From the IMG/VR virus record IMGVR_UViG_3300042352_000969, positions 1 to 64,000 of that record: a stretch of DNA of 64,000 nt, one strand, 5' to 3'. This document shows, one piece after another, positions 39,028 to 49,785 of this stretch. This DNA is from a virus. Its lineage: Duplodnaviria > Caudoviricetes. The notes under the pieces are model-generated. The model had not been told where the DNA came from and did not search any database. It worked only from the letters and a program-made list of their open reading frames with translations. The translations under genes and the position numbers were made by a program. Within the stretch, counting starts at the first letter, position 1. Every line of letters begins with the position of its first letter.

Positions 39028-40878
39028 ATGAGTTATTTAATATCAGGTTTAAATATAAAAAATATATCTGAGTATAATAGTTCGTCTTTATATTCTAAAT
39101 TTGATATAATCGATTATCAGTTAAATACAGGTATTTCTGTAATGCCTAATTATACAGGTTTTGGAATAACTGGTTTGACTACTTGGTTCAACAATGATAG
39201 TTTAAATAATTTTTTAACTGATACTAGTTTTAGAGTTACAGGTTGGTTGAATAATGTGTCTGGAAGTGGAAATTTATTTACTACAACTTCTGATGTTAAT
39301 AATCGTGGAAGAGTCGATTTTAACGAATCTTATATTACATTATCTGACTCACAAGTTTTAAGCGGTTCTGGTTTTAATTCAGATTCTAGAGTTTTATTAT
39401 TAGCTTTTGAAGTTTTGACTCCATCGAATATCACTGAACAAACAATTTGCAAATTTGGAACGGGGGATAATTATGGATTATTAAAAGTAAATGGTAAGGA
39501 CGAATTATTTTCAGCGAAATTTATATTAGATAATCAACAGTTCGATGCTATTTCTAGCATTTACGATGACAAGAATATTGTAACTTTGATTCAAAACTCT
39601 TCAGCTAACACTATAAAAATTAGACAAAATGGATATGAATTAGGAACATATTCGTCTTTTAATGATTATTGGAAATCCGGTGAATTAACTTTAGGATTAA
39701 ATCCTAACAATGTTGGCGTAAGATATCATGAAATAATTCATTTCACTGGCTCTTTAAATACTTCTCAAATAGATCAATATGAAAAATATTTATTTGAAAA
39801 GTATTTTAAAAACGAAGGTTTGTATTTTGCAAAAAATAATGTTCCAACTGGGTCTGATTATTCACCAATAACATATACTGGAAATAGTTATTGGACAAGA
39901 GATATAAATGATTTATTTTTTCTTTCTTATGGAAGTTCGGCTTCTTTTTCAGCAAAATTGTCTCCTTTAACATTTGGCGATGGATACAAGACAAATGTAA
40001 CTAATGGGATAAATACATTAAGCTCTAAATTTAATATTGTTTATGATGGCTTAACAGATTTACAAGCAAAAACTTTAATAACTTATTTTGAAAACACCCC
40101 ACAATCACAAAATAAGAGTGATTATGAAGGTTTTAAAGGAGTTGATTTAAATTTATTCACTCCTTACAAACAAGATTGCGAAACTTACTTTTTAAATATA
40201 AATCATTCTACTCCTTACAATGATATTAATAAAATTAATATAGAAGCGGAATCGTTTTATGAAAGTTGTTTAAATTATAAAGGAATGTATGTTTTGTTGG
40301 ACGAGAAGAGTATAAAAACATATACCGATACTACATTCGAATTTGCTTATAATGATGTGTTTTATTATCCATCAACAAATTTTTCTCAAAGAGGGTATTA
40401 TTTTTATACTGGACAGGCTAAAGGTGTGGCTCAAGGTTCGACTGGTCCTTTATTACCTCAAAACAGCCCAACAGGAGTAAACACTTATTTTACTAGAGAC
40501 TTTTATTTTAAACAAGATATTGAATATGATATTCAAGAAAATATAAGAATTAAATCAGTAGATTTTAAAAACTCTACAAAAGAGTATAGAAAAGATGGTG
40601 AGTATCCTAATATTTTTGAATTTGAAGTTAAATTAACAAAAAGATCAAATAAAGAAGCTTTAGCGATTTTAAAATTTTTAGATGATAAAGCGGGATTTAA
40701 AATTTTTAATTATACTTTGCCTCAACCGTATAATAAAACGATTCAAGTTTACTGTCCTGAATGGAATCATACTTATCAATTTTATGACAACAATAGTATA
40801 AATGCAAAATTTATTCAGTTTAATAATAAATTCTCAGCATCAACAGTTTTCAATTCATTAATAACTTTTACTTCATGA
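39028..40878 (+). CDS. Distal tail protein, lambda gpM-like (two gpM-like halves) with a lectin-like insertion
   Basis: FGDGYKTNVTNGINTLSSKFNIVYDGLTDLQAKTLITYFE and FEVKLTKRSNKEALAILKFLDDKAGFKIFNYTLPQPYNKTIQVYCPEWNHTY...INAKFIQ are gpM-like. Confidence 0.7.
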   Translation: MSYLISGLNIKNISEYNSSSLYSKFDIIDYQLNTGISVMPNYTGFGITGLTTWFNNDSLNNFLTDTSFRVTGWLNNVSGSGNLFTTTSDVNNRGRVDFNESYITLSDSQVLSGSGFNSDSRVLLLAFEVLTPSNITEQTICKFGTGDNYGLLKVNGKDELFSAKFILDNQQFDAISSIYDDKNIVTLIQNSSANTIKIRQNGYELGTYSSFNDYWKSGELTLGLNPNNVGVRYHEIIHFTGSLNTSQIDQYEKYLFEKYFKNEGLYFAKNNVPTGSDYSPITYTGNSYWTRDINDLFFLSYGSSASFSAKLSPLTFGDGYKTNVTNGINTLSSKFNIVYDGLTDLQAKTLITYFENTPQSQNKSDYEGFKGVDLNLFTPYKQDCETYFLNINHSTPYNDINKINIEAESFYESCLNYKGMYVLLDEKSIKTYTDTTFEFAYNDVFYYPSTNFSQRGYYFYTGQAKGVAQGSTGPLLPQNSPTGVNTYFTRDFYFKQDIEYDIQENIRIKSVDFKNSTKEYRKDGEYPNIFEFEVKLTKRSNKEALAILKFLDDKAGFKIFNYTLPQPYNKTIQVYCPEWNHTYQFYDNNSINAKFIQFNNKFSASTVFNSLITFTS

Positions 40879-42308
40879 GTACATATTTAACAGGTGTAAG
40901 CTTAGGACAAGTACCAACTGGATTTGGTGGTTATACTGGAGTAGTTATTCAAAATAGTGGTAATTTTCCAGTTCAGTATAAAATAAATATATCTAATACT
41001 ACTTTTGATGCTTCTGTAACTCCTACGACAGCCGCAGGTGGTTTGTTATATGACACTATATTTATATCTGATTCTTTAGATTATTTAGATCCAGATCAAA
41101 AACAAATAACAAAAATAATAAATTGTAATGAATCGGGATCTTTTTATATATTACACAGTCCATTTAGAACTTTTAATTTATCTACAGATAGATCACAAGG
41201 ACAAGAATACGCTACTGTAACAATTGATTCGCAATCGAATATTGGCGACTCAGATAGTAATTTAACTATTAATGTTACTGGAAATAGAATAACAGGATTT
41301 CCTATTCCTAAAAAATTGGGCAAATTTTATGCTGTAAAAAACTATTCAAAAATAGATGCAAGTCCAAGTTTAGCTTTTTATTGGTCTTGTATTAATAATT
41401 TAGATTATTATACAGGATTTAAGTTAGAATTGTCTACTGATTCGTCTTTCACTTCGCCTATTATTAACTATGAATATGTACAAGAAAATACAGATGGTGT
41501 GTTTCCTTTGTATGGAGGTTATGATGGTTTTAACAATGAAAACCATTCAGTTACAAAAACAAACTTATCTTTTAATCAAAATTATTACGCTAGAATTCAA
41601 GCAGTTAATGTGACTGGCGGTACTGGAGAATATACTTATGCTACTGGTTATGATTATGATTATCCTATATTAGATGATGCTACATATAGTGGAAATCATG
41701 CAAGCCCCGGTGAAAATTTAATAATAACTCCAACTATATTATATTTAAATTACTTATCTAATACTGAAAGTGATTTCGATTTATTTGAATCTCTTTACAA
41801 GCTAAATGGAGATTCAGCAGATTTTAGAAAATACTCTGGAATAAATGTAAAATTTTCTCCAAGTGATAACTCAATTGGTAATGCAATATATAAATCTTCC
41901 GACGTTTCTAAAGGAGCTATTAATTTTATACCCAGAAGTAATATACAAATGGCTTTTAATACAGGAGTTGGTGGTATATTTAGATTAGAATTAGAATTTG
42001 AAAATGTTAATTTATATGGTTATGGCGGTCAAGGGGTTCAGGTAAGGGGTGATGGAGATTTTTCAGCAGCAACAAATGGTGGTCCAATATTTAAATTTGA
42101 TGATGTAAAATACAATGATACATCTGATAGTTTAAACACAAGAACTATACAGTATTATGTATATAAAGATTTAGATAGCCTTTTTTATGCGGGTATTGGT
42201 GGTGGACAAGGTTTGTTATTAACCGACGAAACTAATAAAGGTTTTTCAATACCAATAAATGGATCAGAAATAAAAACAATAAACCACATTAACTTAAAAA
42301 ATCCATAA
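40875..42308 (+). CDS. Tail-associated protein with Ig/fibronectin type III-like domain
   Basis: LAFYWS...GFKLELSTDSSF...LSFNQNYYARIQAVNVTGGTGEY is an FN3-like signature. Confidence 0.5.
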   Translation: MSTYLTGVSLGQVPTGFGGYTGVVIQNSGNFPVQYKINISNTTFDASVTPTTAAGGLLYDTIFISDSLDYLDPDQKQITKIINCNESGSFYILHSPFRTFNLSTDRSQGQEYATVTIDSQSNIGDSDSNLTINVTGNRITGFPIPKKLGKFYAVKNYSKIDASPSLAFYWSCINNLDYYTGFKLELSTDSSFTSPIINYEYVQENTDGVFPLYGGYDGFNNENHSVTKTNLSFNQNYYARIQAVNVTGGTGEYTYATGYDYDYPILDDATYSGNHASPGENLIITPTILYLNYLSNTESDFDLFESLYKLNGDSADFRKYSGINVKFSPSDNSIGNAIYKSSDVSKGAINFIPRSNIQMAFNTGVGGIFRLELEFENVNLYGYGGQGVQVRGDGDFSAATNGGPIFKFDDVKYNDTSDSLNTRTIQYYVYKDLDSLFYAGIGGGQGLLLTDETNKGFSIPINGSEIKTINHINLKNP

Positions 42309-42309
42309 T

Positions 42310-43746
42310 ATGGGACAATATAAAATAGGAACTATTAATTACCTGTCTGAAGATAAGGCTGTTATATATGATGATAATATAACTACTGCTATAAATATAT
42401 ATAAAGTTGATCCTGATTCCAAACCAGTCAACGATTCTGTATCTAGTTCACAGACCGCTACTCTAGTACCACCAGTAAATTCAACGACTATAAATGCAAA
42501 TGGACAAACCGTAACTCCTTTTTCTCAAGGGGTAAGCGTTAATGGTGTTGGGTCAAATGCAGACTCTGGAAAATTAACATCTATAGCGTCAAGTACATTA
42601 CCAAATATATACTTTAATATAAGAAAAAATTCATTTGATAGCAAAAGTTTATATTTTAGATTTAAAACAAGCGATATATCTGGTTCAGCGGGCGCACAAA
42701 CAAATACTTGGGCATCAGATACTAATATATTATCTGGTTTGTCGTTAACTGGAGATGCTAATTGTTTAAGAGTTACACAAGCTTATGGTCAAAAATTTTA
42801 CGAATTAGCTTCAACAAAAAGTATTGGCATATCTAATTTTTCTTTTAATGTGCCAAAAAATCCAAGTTATGCTTTTTTAGTTTATGCTTTAGCTAACGAA
42901 AGCACAACAAGCGCTTTATTTTCACATTCTAATCAAATTCATAAATTTCAAGCGGCTTCAGATAGTGGTGCAACAATATATAATAATAGTCATAAGGCTG
43001 CAAAAAGCGGTCAGCCACAAAGAAATTATAACGTTTTTTCTTTATCTCCATTGTTATCTTCACAGTTCGTCTCTGAATATCAACAAAGAAACGGTTTAGA
43101 TACAGTAAATATAAAAAATACTTATTTTTCTAGTGACTTTGACGTTTTTCAAAATACCACTGGTGTTATAACAGATTCTGGAGTAAACAATGTTAATCCG
43201 CCGCCTAAATTTATTTCTAATAAATTTTTTAATTTATGCAATACGCCTAATTCTTTAGCGTCTCCAACAGCAACAAATACTCCATTTATAATTAATCAAG
43301 GAGCTTCGGATATACCTTTAAATACTTTTTCTTTATTTTTTGTCGAAATGTATAGTTATTTAGAATTGCCGTCTTCAAATCAACAAAATGCTGCTTATAA
43401 TATTTTGAATGTAATTACTAAAGTAAATGGTTTAATATCTTATACGGCAAAAATATTAATAAAACCAGATATAAATTATTCTAATAATATAAATTGCAAC
43501 ATTTCAATTGGAAATAATCCAGGTTCTGGTGGAGTAAAAATGTTTTTGTTTGATTATTTATATGGAACTTCAAGAGATGTTTCTTCAATGACTCAAGATA
43601 GAAATCTTATTTTAGAATCGTTAGGTTATGATAATAGAAAAGTTTTATTAAAAAGTTCAAGCGATTTACAAATGACTAACTCAACTTCATCTTTAAGATT
43701 TCCAGCGAATCTATCGCATCCTTTTTTGAACATGTATTTTAGTTAA
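42310..43746 (+). CDS. Hypothetical virion structural protein
   Basis: Ser/Thr/Asn-rich ORF within the tail-tip operon; LYFRFKTSDI...NTWASDT start and FLFDYLYG...LILESLGYD end loosely resemble a LamG-like fold. Confidence 0.35.
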   Translation: MGQYKIGTINYLSEDKAVIYDDNITTAINIYKVDPDSKPVNDSVSSSQTATLVPPVNSTTINANGQTVTPFSQGVSVNGVGSNADSGKLTSIASSTLPNIYFNIRKNSFDSKSLYFRFKTSDISGSAGAQTNTWASDTNILSGLSLTGDANCLRVTQAYGQKFYELASTKSIGISNFSFNVPKNPSYAFLVYALANESTTSALFSHSNQIHKFQAASDSGATIYNNSHKAAKSGQPQRNYNVFSLSPLLSSQFVSEYQQRNGLDTVNIKNTYFSSDFDVFQNTTGVITDSGVNNVNPPPKFISNKFFNLCNTPNSLASPTATNTPFIINQGASDIPLNTFSLFFVEMYSYLELPSSNQQNAAYNILNVITKVNGLISYTAKILIKPDINYSNNINCNISIGNNPGSGGVKMFLFDYLYGTSRDVSSMTQDRNLILESLGYDNRKVLLKSSSDLQMTNSTSSLRFPANLSHPFLNMYFS

Positions 43747-43748
43747 TA

Positions 43749-43754
43749 GTGTAA
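43749..43754 (+). promoter_or_regulatory. GTGTAA motif upstream of the gpL-like gene
   Basis: GTGTAA 29 nt before ATG 43784. Confidence 0.35.
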
Positions 43755-43783
43755 ATTTATTTTTAATTCTTTATTATATTAAA

Positions 43784-45658
43784 ATGTCAAATTTATTTTT
43801 ATTGGATAATACGAGTGTTTTAGATCTTTTTGAAATAAAGCTAAATGATTTTGATGGATATTTTAGGTTTCATGGATCTAAAAACTTAAAATCAAACATT
43901 ATTTTTAAAGAAAAAGAGTATATTTTTATTCCTTGCGAGATATCTAATTTGGAATATTCTTCAGAAGCGAAGCAAAATAGACCTACTTTATCTATAGCAA
44001 ATGTAAATAATTATATCAGTAATTTGATAAAAGACAGAAAAGATCTTATAGGTAAGCGTTTTTATAGAAAAAAAATACTAACAAAAGATTTAGATGATGT
44101 TAATTTTGGTGGATCTAATAAAAACACTTTAGGAGTTTCTTCTTTTTCATCTTTTATATCTGTTGATACGTTTGTTATTCAGAAAAAGAATTCTGAAAAT
44201 AAAGATAAAGTAGAATTTCAATTGGCTAATATTTTGGATTTGGATGGTCAAACGGTTCCGTCAAGAAAGGTTTATAATGATATTTGCCAGTGGCAATATA
44301 GAGGATATGGATGTAATTATGGAAAATTATCTGATTACGATGGCCCAACAATACCAGTCAAAATAACAAATTTTACCACTCTCGCTTCTGTAATAAGCGC
44401 ATCTTCTAATGATTTACTTACTACAAATTTATCGTTATGGTTAAATAATACTACTGGAAAAACGTATGGTTCTACTACTACTGAGGTAGCAGCATCTTCT
44501 GGGAAAAAATATTTATTTCAAAAATTAACGGCTTGGGCAGACAGTTCGACTACTATAAATACTAGCGGAACTGCTAAAACTATAACTCTGACGGGTAATT
44601 TAAAAAAATTTACAAATTCAGGAAGATTAAATAATCAAGAAGGAGCATTCTTATTAGCCGAAGATTCATTATTAATTGATTTTGAATTTTTTGGAGCTAG
44701 TAATGACTTGACTATTTTTTATGTTTCTGAGGCCACTAATAAAAGATTCGATACAGCTAGAAAAAACGCGCCGAATGGTGGGTATATAGCTAGAGGATTA
44801 ACTTCAAGTACTGGAGATTCAAATAAAAATTTTTTACTTGGTTATCATGGAGGTTTTTCGGATGTTGTTTTTCCTTCAAATAGTTTTAAGAATGATAAAA
44901 AAATTTGGGCTTATTATGATTTATCTCCCAAAATATACGCTTATTCAAATAAAGATGGTGGAAACAAGATATTATATAAAAATGGTTCAACTTTATTTTC
45001 AAGAACTGGGAGTTTAGATTTGAACGCTTTAAAGTTAGGTTTTAATAAAATTAATGATGAAGTTAGTGATATTGTCATTTATGAAGTGATTATTTTTAAT
45101 AAAGTATTAAACGACGCTGCAATAAAATCTGTTTTTTCATATCTATCTATTAAGTATAATATACAAATATCTAATTATTACCAAAATCTTGAAACTATTA
45201 AAGGGTCAACAATTTTTAGTCAATCAGCTTTTACTCAAGAAGGAAATTTAGGGGTTACAGTTGCAGATGAAAATAATAAACTATTTTTAAAATATCCAGA
45301 TAATATTTATTCTAATTTTGAATCTTATGGTTTAACCAGTTTAAGTTATAAAGGCGATTACAATAGCAATACAGTTTATTCACAGGGAGATTTTGTAAAA
45401 ATAGATGAAGAAATTGATTTTGATTTTAATGAAACAGTAATTCAAAAAAATTCTATTTTGCCTTCTCGTTTTTTTGTTTGTTTAAGCAATGAGGGAGTAT
45501 CAGCTAAACATCCTATGGATTATACTAATATATGGAAAGAGGATAAATGTTCTAGAAATTTAAATGGTTGTTCTTTGAGATTTAATGATATTAAAAATAT
45601 TCCTTTTGGTTCGTTTCCTGGAACTTTAAGTTATGATTATAAATTACCAGGATCTTAA
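43784..45658 (+). CDS. Minor tail tip protein, lambda gpL-like, with a large insertion
   Basis: LDLFEI...YIFIPCEISNLEYSSEAKQNRPTLSIANV...DLIGKRFYRKK, VEFQLANILD, CQWQYRGYGC and CSRNLNGCSLRF...PFGSFPG (four Cys, as in Fe-S-binding gpL). Confidence 0.85.
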   Translation: MSNLFLLDNTSVLDLFEIKLNDFDGYFRFHGSKNLKSNIIFKEKEYIFIPCEISNLEYSSEAKQNRPTLSIANVNNYISNLIKDRKDLIGKRFYRKKILTKDLDDVNFGGSNKNTLGVSSFSSFISVDTFVIQKKNSENKDKVEFQLANILDLDGQTVPSRKVYNDICQWQYRGYGCNYGKLSDYDGPTIPVKITNFTTLASVISASSNDLLTTNLSLWLNNTTGKTYGSTTTEVAASSGKKYLFQKLTAWADSSTTINTSGTAKTITLTGNLKKFTNSGRLNNQEGAFLLAEDSLLIDFEFFGASNDLTIFYVSEATNKRFDTARKNAPNGGYIARGLTSSTGDSNKNFLLGYHGGFSDVVFPSNSFKNDKKIWAYYDLSPKIYAYSNKDGGNKILYKNGSTLFSRTGSLDLNALKLGFNKINDEVSDIVIYEVIIFNKVLNDAAIKSVFSYLSIKYNIQISNYYQNLETIKGSTIFSQSAFTQEGNLGVTVADENNKLFLKYPDNIYSNFESYGLTSLSYKGDYNSNTVYSQGDFVKIDEEIDFDFNETVIQKNSILPSRFFVCLSNEGVSAKHPMDYTNIWKEDKCSRNLNGCSLRFNDIKNIPFGSFPGTLSYDYKLPGS

Positions 45659-45971
45659 TAAAAATCTTTTAGAAGAACTAAGAAAAGAAAGTTTATCTTC
45701 AGATGATGAAATCTGCGGTTTTTTATTAAAAAAAAATAATGATTATTATTTTAAAAAAATGGTAAACGTTCATCCAAATCCTAAAAGTTTTTTTCTTATA
45801 TCTCCAAAAGAAAGCGATTATTCTGATGAATGTATCGTTTTTCATAGTCATCCAGAACATGTAAAAGAAAAAGGATTTTCTAAATGGGACTTAGAAAATC
45901 AAAAATATTTTTATTTGCCTATGCTTTTATACAGTGTAAATAATGATGAGTTTTATTACAAAAACATATGA
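45633..45971 (+). CDS. Tail assembly protein gpK-like, JAB/MPN domain only
   Basis: EICGFLL...VFHSHP...FSKWD (E, HxH, S, D of MPN+); no NlpC/P60 domain. Confidence 0.8.
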   Translation: MIINYQDLNKNLLEELRKESLSSDDEICGFLLKKNNDYYFKKMVNVHPNPKSFFLISPKESDYSDECIVFHSHPEHVKEKGFSKWDLENQKYFYLPMLLYSVNNDEFYYKNI

Positions 45972-46540
45972 TAAACATAATTTTAGAAGGCGTATTGGGA
46001 AAAACTCTAGGAAATTCATGGAGTTTAAATGTAAATTCTGTTTTAGAAGTTTTTGAAGCTATAGAGGCTAACACAAATAGAATAACAAAATTTTATAAAG
46101 ATTTAGAAAAGACAATGACGCATTTTGTTGTTTATATAGATGATAAAATCATGCCTCACCATTTATTAAATAGTAAAATTTTAAATTCTGGATCTACAGT
46201 AAAAATACTTCCTATTATACAAGGATCCGAGCCAACTACTATGGTAATAATTGGATTAACTTTAATAGCTTTATCAATAGTTTTGTCAATCGTACTAAGC
46301 CCAAAACAACCTAAAGACGTAAAAACAAACTCAACAATCATTGGTGGAATAAGAAATGTTTTGAATAGAAATATAGCTGTACCTATTGGTTATGGAAGGT
46401 TGAGAATAGGAAGTGCAGTTATTTCTAATGATATTGGAATTTCTGCTGCCGAAGGAACGGTTTATTCCGTTGCTGGCGGAAGTTCTTTTGCTGGTTATGG
46501 TGGAGGCGGTAATGTTCAAATAGTTAAAAAATTGAATTAA
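45968..46540 (+). CDS. Tail assembly protein gpI-like (ubiquitin-like fold)
   Basis: MINIILEGVLGK...SVLEVFEAIEAN, VKILPIIQGS, a hydrophobic segment, VPIGYGRLRIGSAVIS. Confidence 0.85.
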   Translation: MINIILEGVLGKTLGNSWSLNVNSVLEVFEAIEANTNRITKFYKDLEKTMTHFVVYIDDKIMPHHLLNSKILNSGSTVKILPIIQGSEPTTMVIIGLTLIALSIVLSIVLSPKQPKDVKTNSTIIGGIRNVLNRNIAVPIGYGRLRIGSAVISNDIGISAAEGTVYSVAGGSSFAGYGGGGNVQIVKKLN

Positions 46541-46549
46541 CAAAACATT

Positions 46550-49500
46550 ATGTTTATAAACAACACCATTCCGTCAAATGTAACTCTAAGTGAAATAAAA
46601 GACAATAAGTTAGAAACAGATGAGAGGCTGATAACTACAGATTTAATTTGCGAAGGAACAATTGAAGGCTTAGTTGATAAAGATGGTAATCTTTTGAAAT
46701 ACGTATCTGTAAATAATTCTTCCGTTGATTCAGATTTATGTTTGGGAAAAGGCGTTTATTATAATGATGTTCCTTTGATTGATAGCAAATTAAATAAATT
46801 AAACTTTGTAAATCTTGGCTTTAATATATCTTATGGAGAAGAGGTAAGTCGTCCTTTTAATGAATTTCCTTCAACGATATATAGGTATAATCAAAAAATA
46901 TATTTAAATGAATCTGATTATACAATAGATAATCCGTTAATATCTACCGATAAGTCTAATGTTTTTTCTTTTCAAGATGTAGATGGCGTATCTGTTTTAA
47001 AATACAATTCAAAATCAACCGCGACAGCCACACCTGTTGTCGGCGATTTATCTTCGTTAAAAAAACGTTTAGATGAAGCTAAAAATAATTGTCAAGAGTT
47101 TACTCATAAAATACAAAATAAATATGCTGATTTAATTTCTGTTCAAGTCAAAATAGATCAATTGTTTAATACTGATAAAAAAGGAAGTACTCAGCCTTCA
47201 TCATTAGTTTATGTTATTGAATTTAGCGAAGATAATTCTGCTGATAGATATTTTACAATTTGTTCAGTAGTAGGAGTGTCTAAATCTGGTTATGTTAATG
47301 AAGTGTTTTTTGAATTAAATCTCAACAATCAAAAACAAAATTCTTATTATATAAAAGTTTATGCGTTAAGTAGAAAAATACAGCCAGACGATCCTAAGAC
47401 ATTTAAAGAGCTTTCTGTTTCATCGATAATAGAGAAAGTTACAACTAGAGGATCTTTTAATTATCCTTTTTCGGCTTTAGTAAAATCTTCGGTTAGTTCA
47501 AGACATTTTCAGTCTGATCCTAATAGAACATTTGATATGAAGATGTTGAAGATAAAAGTTCCACAAAACTACGATCCAGAAGCTAGGGAATATGTTGATA
47601 ATTGGAATGGAAATTACGATGGTTTTTTAAGATGGACTGATAATCCTGCATGGATATATTATGATTTATGTACTAATTCTAGATACGGAATTGGCAATGG
47701 TAAGATTTTTGAAAAAGATCTTAATAAGTGGGAGCTTTATAAAATATCTAAATATTGCGATGAATTAATTAAGTCTAATGAGCCTACAACATGTCCTGAA
47801 TTTTCTTTTTATAGAAAGGATGCCGATGATAAAAATTGTATATTTATTGCAAAAACAGATGAAATGTCGTTGTCAGATTTTATAAAAAAATTCCCACCAG
47901 TAATAGTGATATCTAGTACGGTTGTCAGTAATCCAGCTTACAATGGCGGATTTTGTAACTCTATTATATTTTTATATGATTTGCTTGATTCAAATAATAA
48001 TAAATTAACCGTAGGGCTTAAAAAAATTATATGGTCTATAGAAGATTTAGGAACATCATTTAAAATAAAATTAATAAATGATTTTGGCCCAAGAAGAGCT
48101 TTTGAAAATGAACCTACTGGTGATTTGTTGGCTTCTTTTATTAAATATTGTGATTTTGCGTCTACAACTGGAGATTTAACTTCAAGAATACAAAGATCTT
48201 TAAAAAATTCAGAATCTGAAGCAAAAAGTCAAATATTGAATTGGTTTGCGTCGAACGTTAACAATCCAAAATACTCTAATTATATAAATTCTATAATAAA
48301 TAAATCTTGTTTTAACAATGATTTATCAGATGGATCTATTGTAAATGGAAAATGCTTGCCTAAAGTTAAAAATTTTAGAGATCCATTGGAAGCAAGATTT
48401 TCAGCAAACGTCTTAATAGATAATGAAACAGATTGTTTAAAAGTTTTAAATGATTTGGCATCAATTTTTAGAGGTTTAACTTATTATAAAAATAACTTTA
48501 TAACAGCAACAATTGATGTCGATAAAAAAACTTCTTATATTTTTAACAACACTAATGTAAAAGATGGATTGTTTACTTATTCAAGTGGAAGTTTAGAAGC
48601 TTTATATACTGTGGCGAAAGTAATGTATAAAGATAAATTCAGTAATTTTAATGAACAAGTTGAAATAATTGAAGATACTAAAATGATGCGTGATTATGGA
48701 ATCATAATAAAAGAAATTTTAGGTTTTGGTATTTCTTCTAGAGGTCAAGCTAGAAGAATAGGAACATGGATGTTGGCTACAAACAGATTTGAAAACCAAA
48801 CAATAACTTTTTCAACAGATTTGCAAGGTTTAAATTTAAAACCAAGTGATGTAATTCAAGTGCAAGATCAATATAAAAATGATTCTTTTTTACAAGGAAG
48901 AGTTACTTCTGTTGATTATACATCAAAATTTATAACAGTTGATAGAAAATTAAATTTAAATTTAGCTGGATGCACGATAAAGTTTATTTTTGATAACATT
49001 TCTAAATCAATAGAGGATTTAAATGCTTTATCTTCAGTTTCTTTATCTGATGTAGACTCTTTAAATGCATCTGATGTGGTAGAGTTAAAAATAGATAGAA
49101 TAGAAAATAATACTAATAAAATTTATTTTGACGAAACTTATAATTACAATTTAATAACAAGAATTTTACCATCAGTGCCTTTTGTAATTATAGATCAAAC
49201 GACGAATTATAGTAAGAATTTATATAAAGTTATAACTATTTCAGAAGTTGATAATAATGAATATTCATTTTTTTGTATAAAACATGATCCTTCAAAATAT
49301 GAAGCTCTAGATCAAAATGCTTTTGAAAATCCAAATTCAAACAGTATAAATAATACTATTGTATTTTCTTCTTATGATAATTTACAAGAGATAGATTTAA
49401 CGTCATGTGCAAATTATTATACGTTAAATCAAAAATTAACTTACAATACTATTAGGCACTCTAAAATAGACTATTATTTAAATGATGCTTCTTCGATATC

Positions 49501-49777
49501 TGCTGATCCTAATTTTGCTACTTTAACTATTAATTTTACAACAATATACGCTTATTTAGCATCAAACTCTAAAATAACTGAAATTTTAAATGCTTCTGGA
49601 GGTATTATTTGTAAAGTCACATTTAAAAATCAATCCATCAAGTTCTTGTCTCCAGCTTCATCTTATTCTAATAAAATTATTTTTCTTGGAAACTACTCAT
49701 TTAGTGGGCAAATATCAGCTTTATCTTCGATAAAATTTTATTTATACAACAAAAATTTCCAAATAATAGAAGTGTAA
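46550..49777 (+). CDS. Central tail tip / host specificity protein, gpJ-like
   Basis: DLICEGTIEGLV, YNDVPL, MLKIKVPQNYDP...WTDNPAWIYYDLCTNSRYGIG, LYKISKYCDE, FGISSRGQARRIG, PSDVIQVQD. Confidence 0.9.
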   Translation: MFINNTIPSNVTLSEIKDNKLETDERLITTDLICEGTIEGLVDKDGNLLKYVSVNNSSVDSDLCLGKGVYYNDVPLIDSKLNKLNFVNLGFNISYGEEVSRPFNEFPSTIYRYNQKIYLNESDYTIDNPLISTDKSNVFSFQDVDGVSVLKYNSKSTATATPVVGDLSSLKKRLDEAKNNCQEFTHKIQNKYADLISVQVKIDQLFNTDKKGSTQPSSLVYVIEFSEDNSADRYFTICSVVGVSKSGYVNEVFFELNLNNQKQNSYYIKVYALSRKIQPDDPKTFKELSVSSIIEKVTTRGSFNYPFSALVKSSVSSRHFQSDPNRTFDMKMLKIKVPQNYDPEAREYVDNWNGNYDGFLRWTDNPAWIYYDLCTNSRYGIGNGKIFEKDLNKWELYKISKYCDELIKSNEPTTCPEFSFYRKDADDKNCIFIAKTDEMSLSDFIKKFPPVIVISSTVVSNPAYNGGFCNSIIFLYDLLDSNNNKLTVGLKKIIWSIEDLGTSFKIKLINDFGPRRAFENEPTGDLLASFIKYCDFASTTGDLTSRIQRSLKNSESEAKSQILNWFASNVNNPKYSNYINSIINKSCFNNDLSDGSIVNGKCLPKVKNFRDPLEARFSANVLIDNETDCLKVLNDLASIFRGLTYYKNNFITATIDVDKKTSYIFNNTNVKDGLFTYSSGSLEALYTVAKVMYKDKFSNFNEQVEIIEDTKMMRDYGIIIKEILGFGISSRGQARRIGTWMLATNRFENQTITFSTDLQGLNLKPSDVIQVQDQYKNDSFLQGRVTSVDYTSKFITVDRKLNLNLAGCTIKFIFDNISKSIEDLNALSSVSLSDVDSLNASDVVELKIDRIENNTNKIYFDETYNYNLITRILPSVPFVIIDQTTNYSKNLYKVITISEVDNNEYSFFCIKHDPSKYEALDQNAFENPNSNSINNTIVFSSYDNLQEIDLTSCANYYTLNQKLTYNTIRHSKIDYYLNDASSISADPNFATLTINFTTIYAYLASNSKITEILNASGGIICKVTFKNQSIKFLSPASSYSNKIIFLGNYSFSGQISALSSIKFYLYNKNFQIIEV
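49772..49777 (+). promoter_or_regulatory. GTGTAA motif upstream of the collagen-like fibre gene
   Basis: GTGTAA-8 nt-ATG (the motif includes the stop codon of gpJ). Confidence 0.4.
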
Positions 49778-49785
49778 TATAATAT

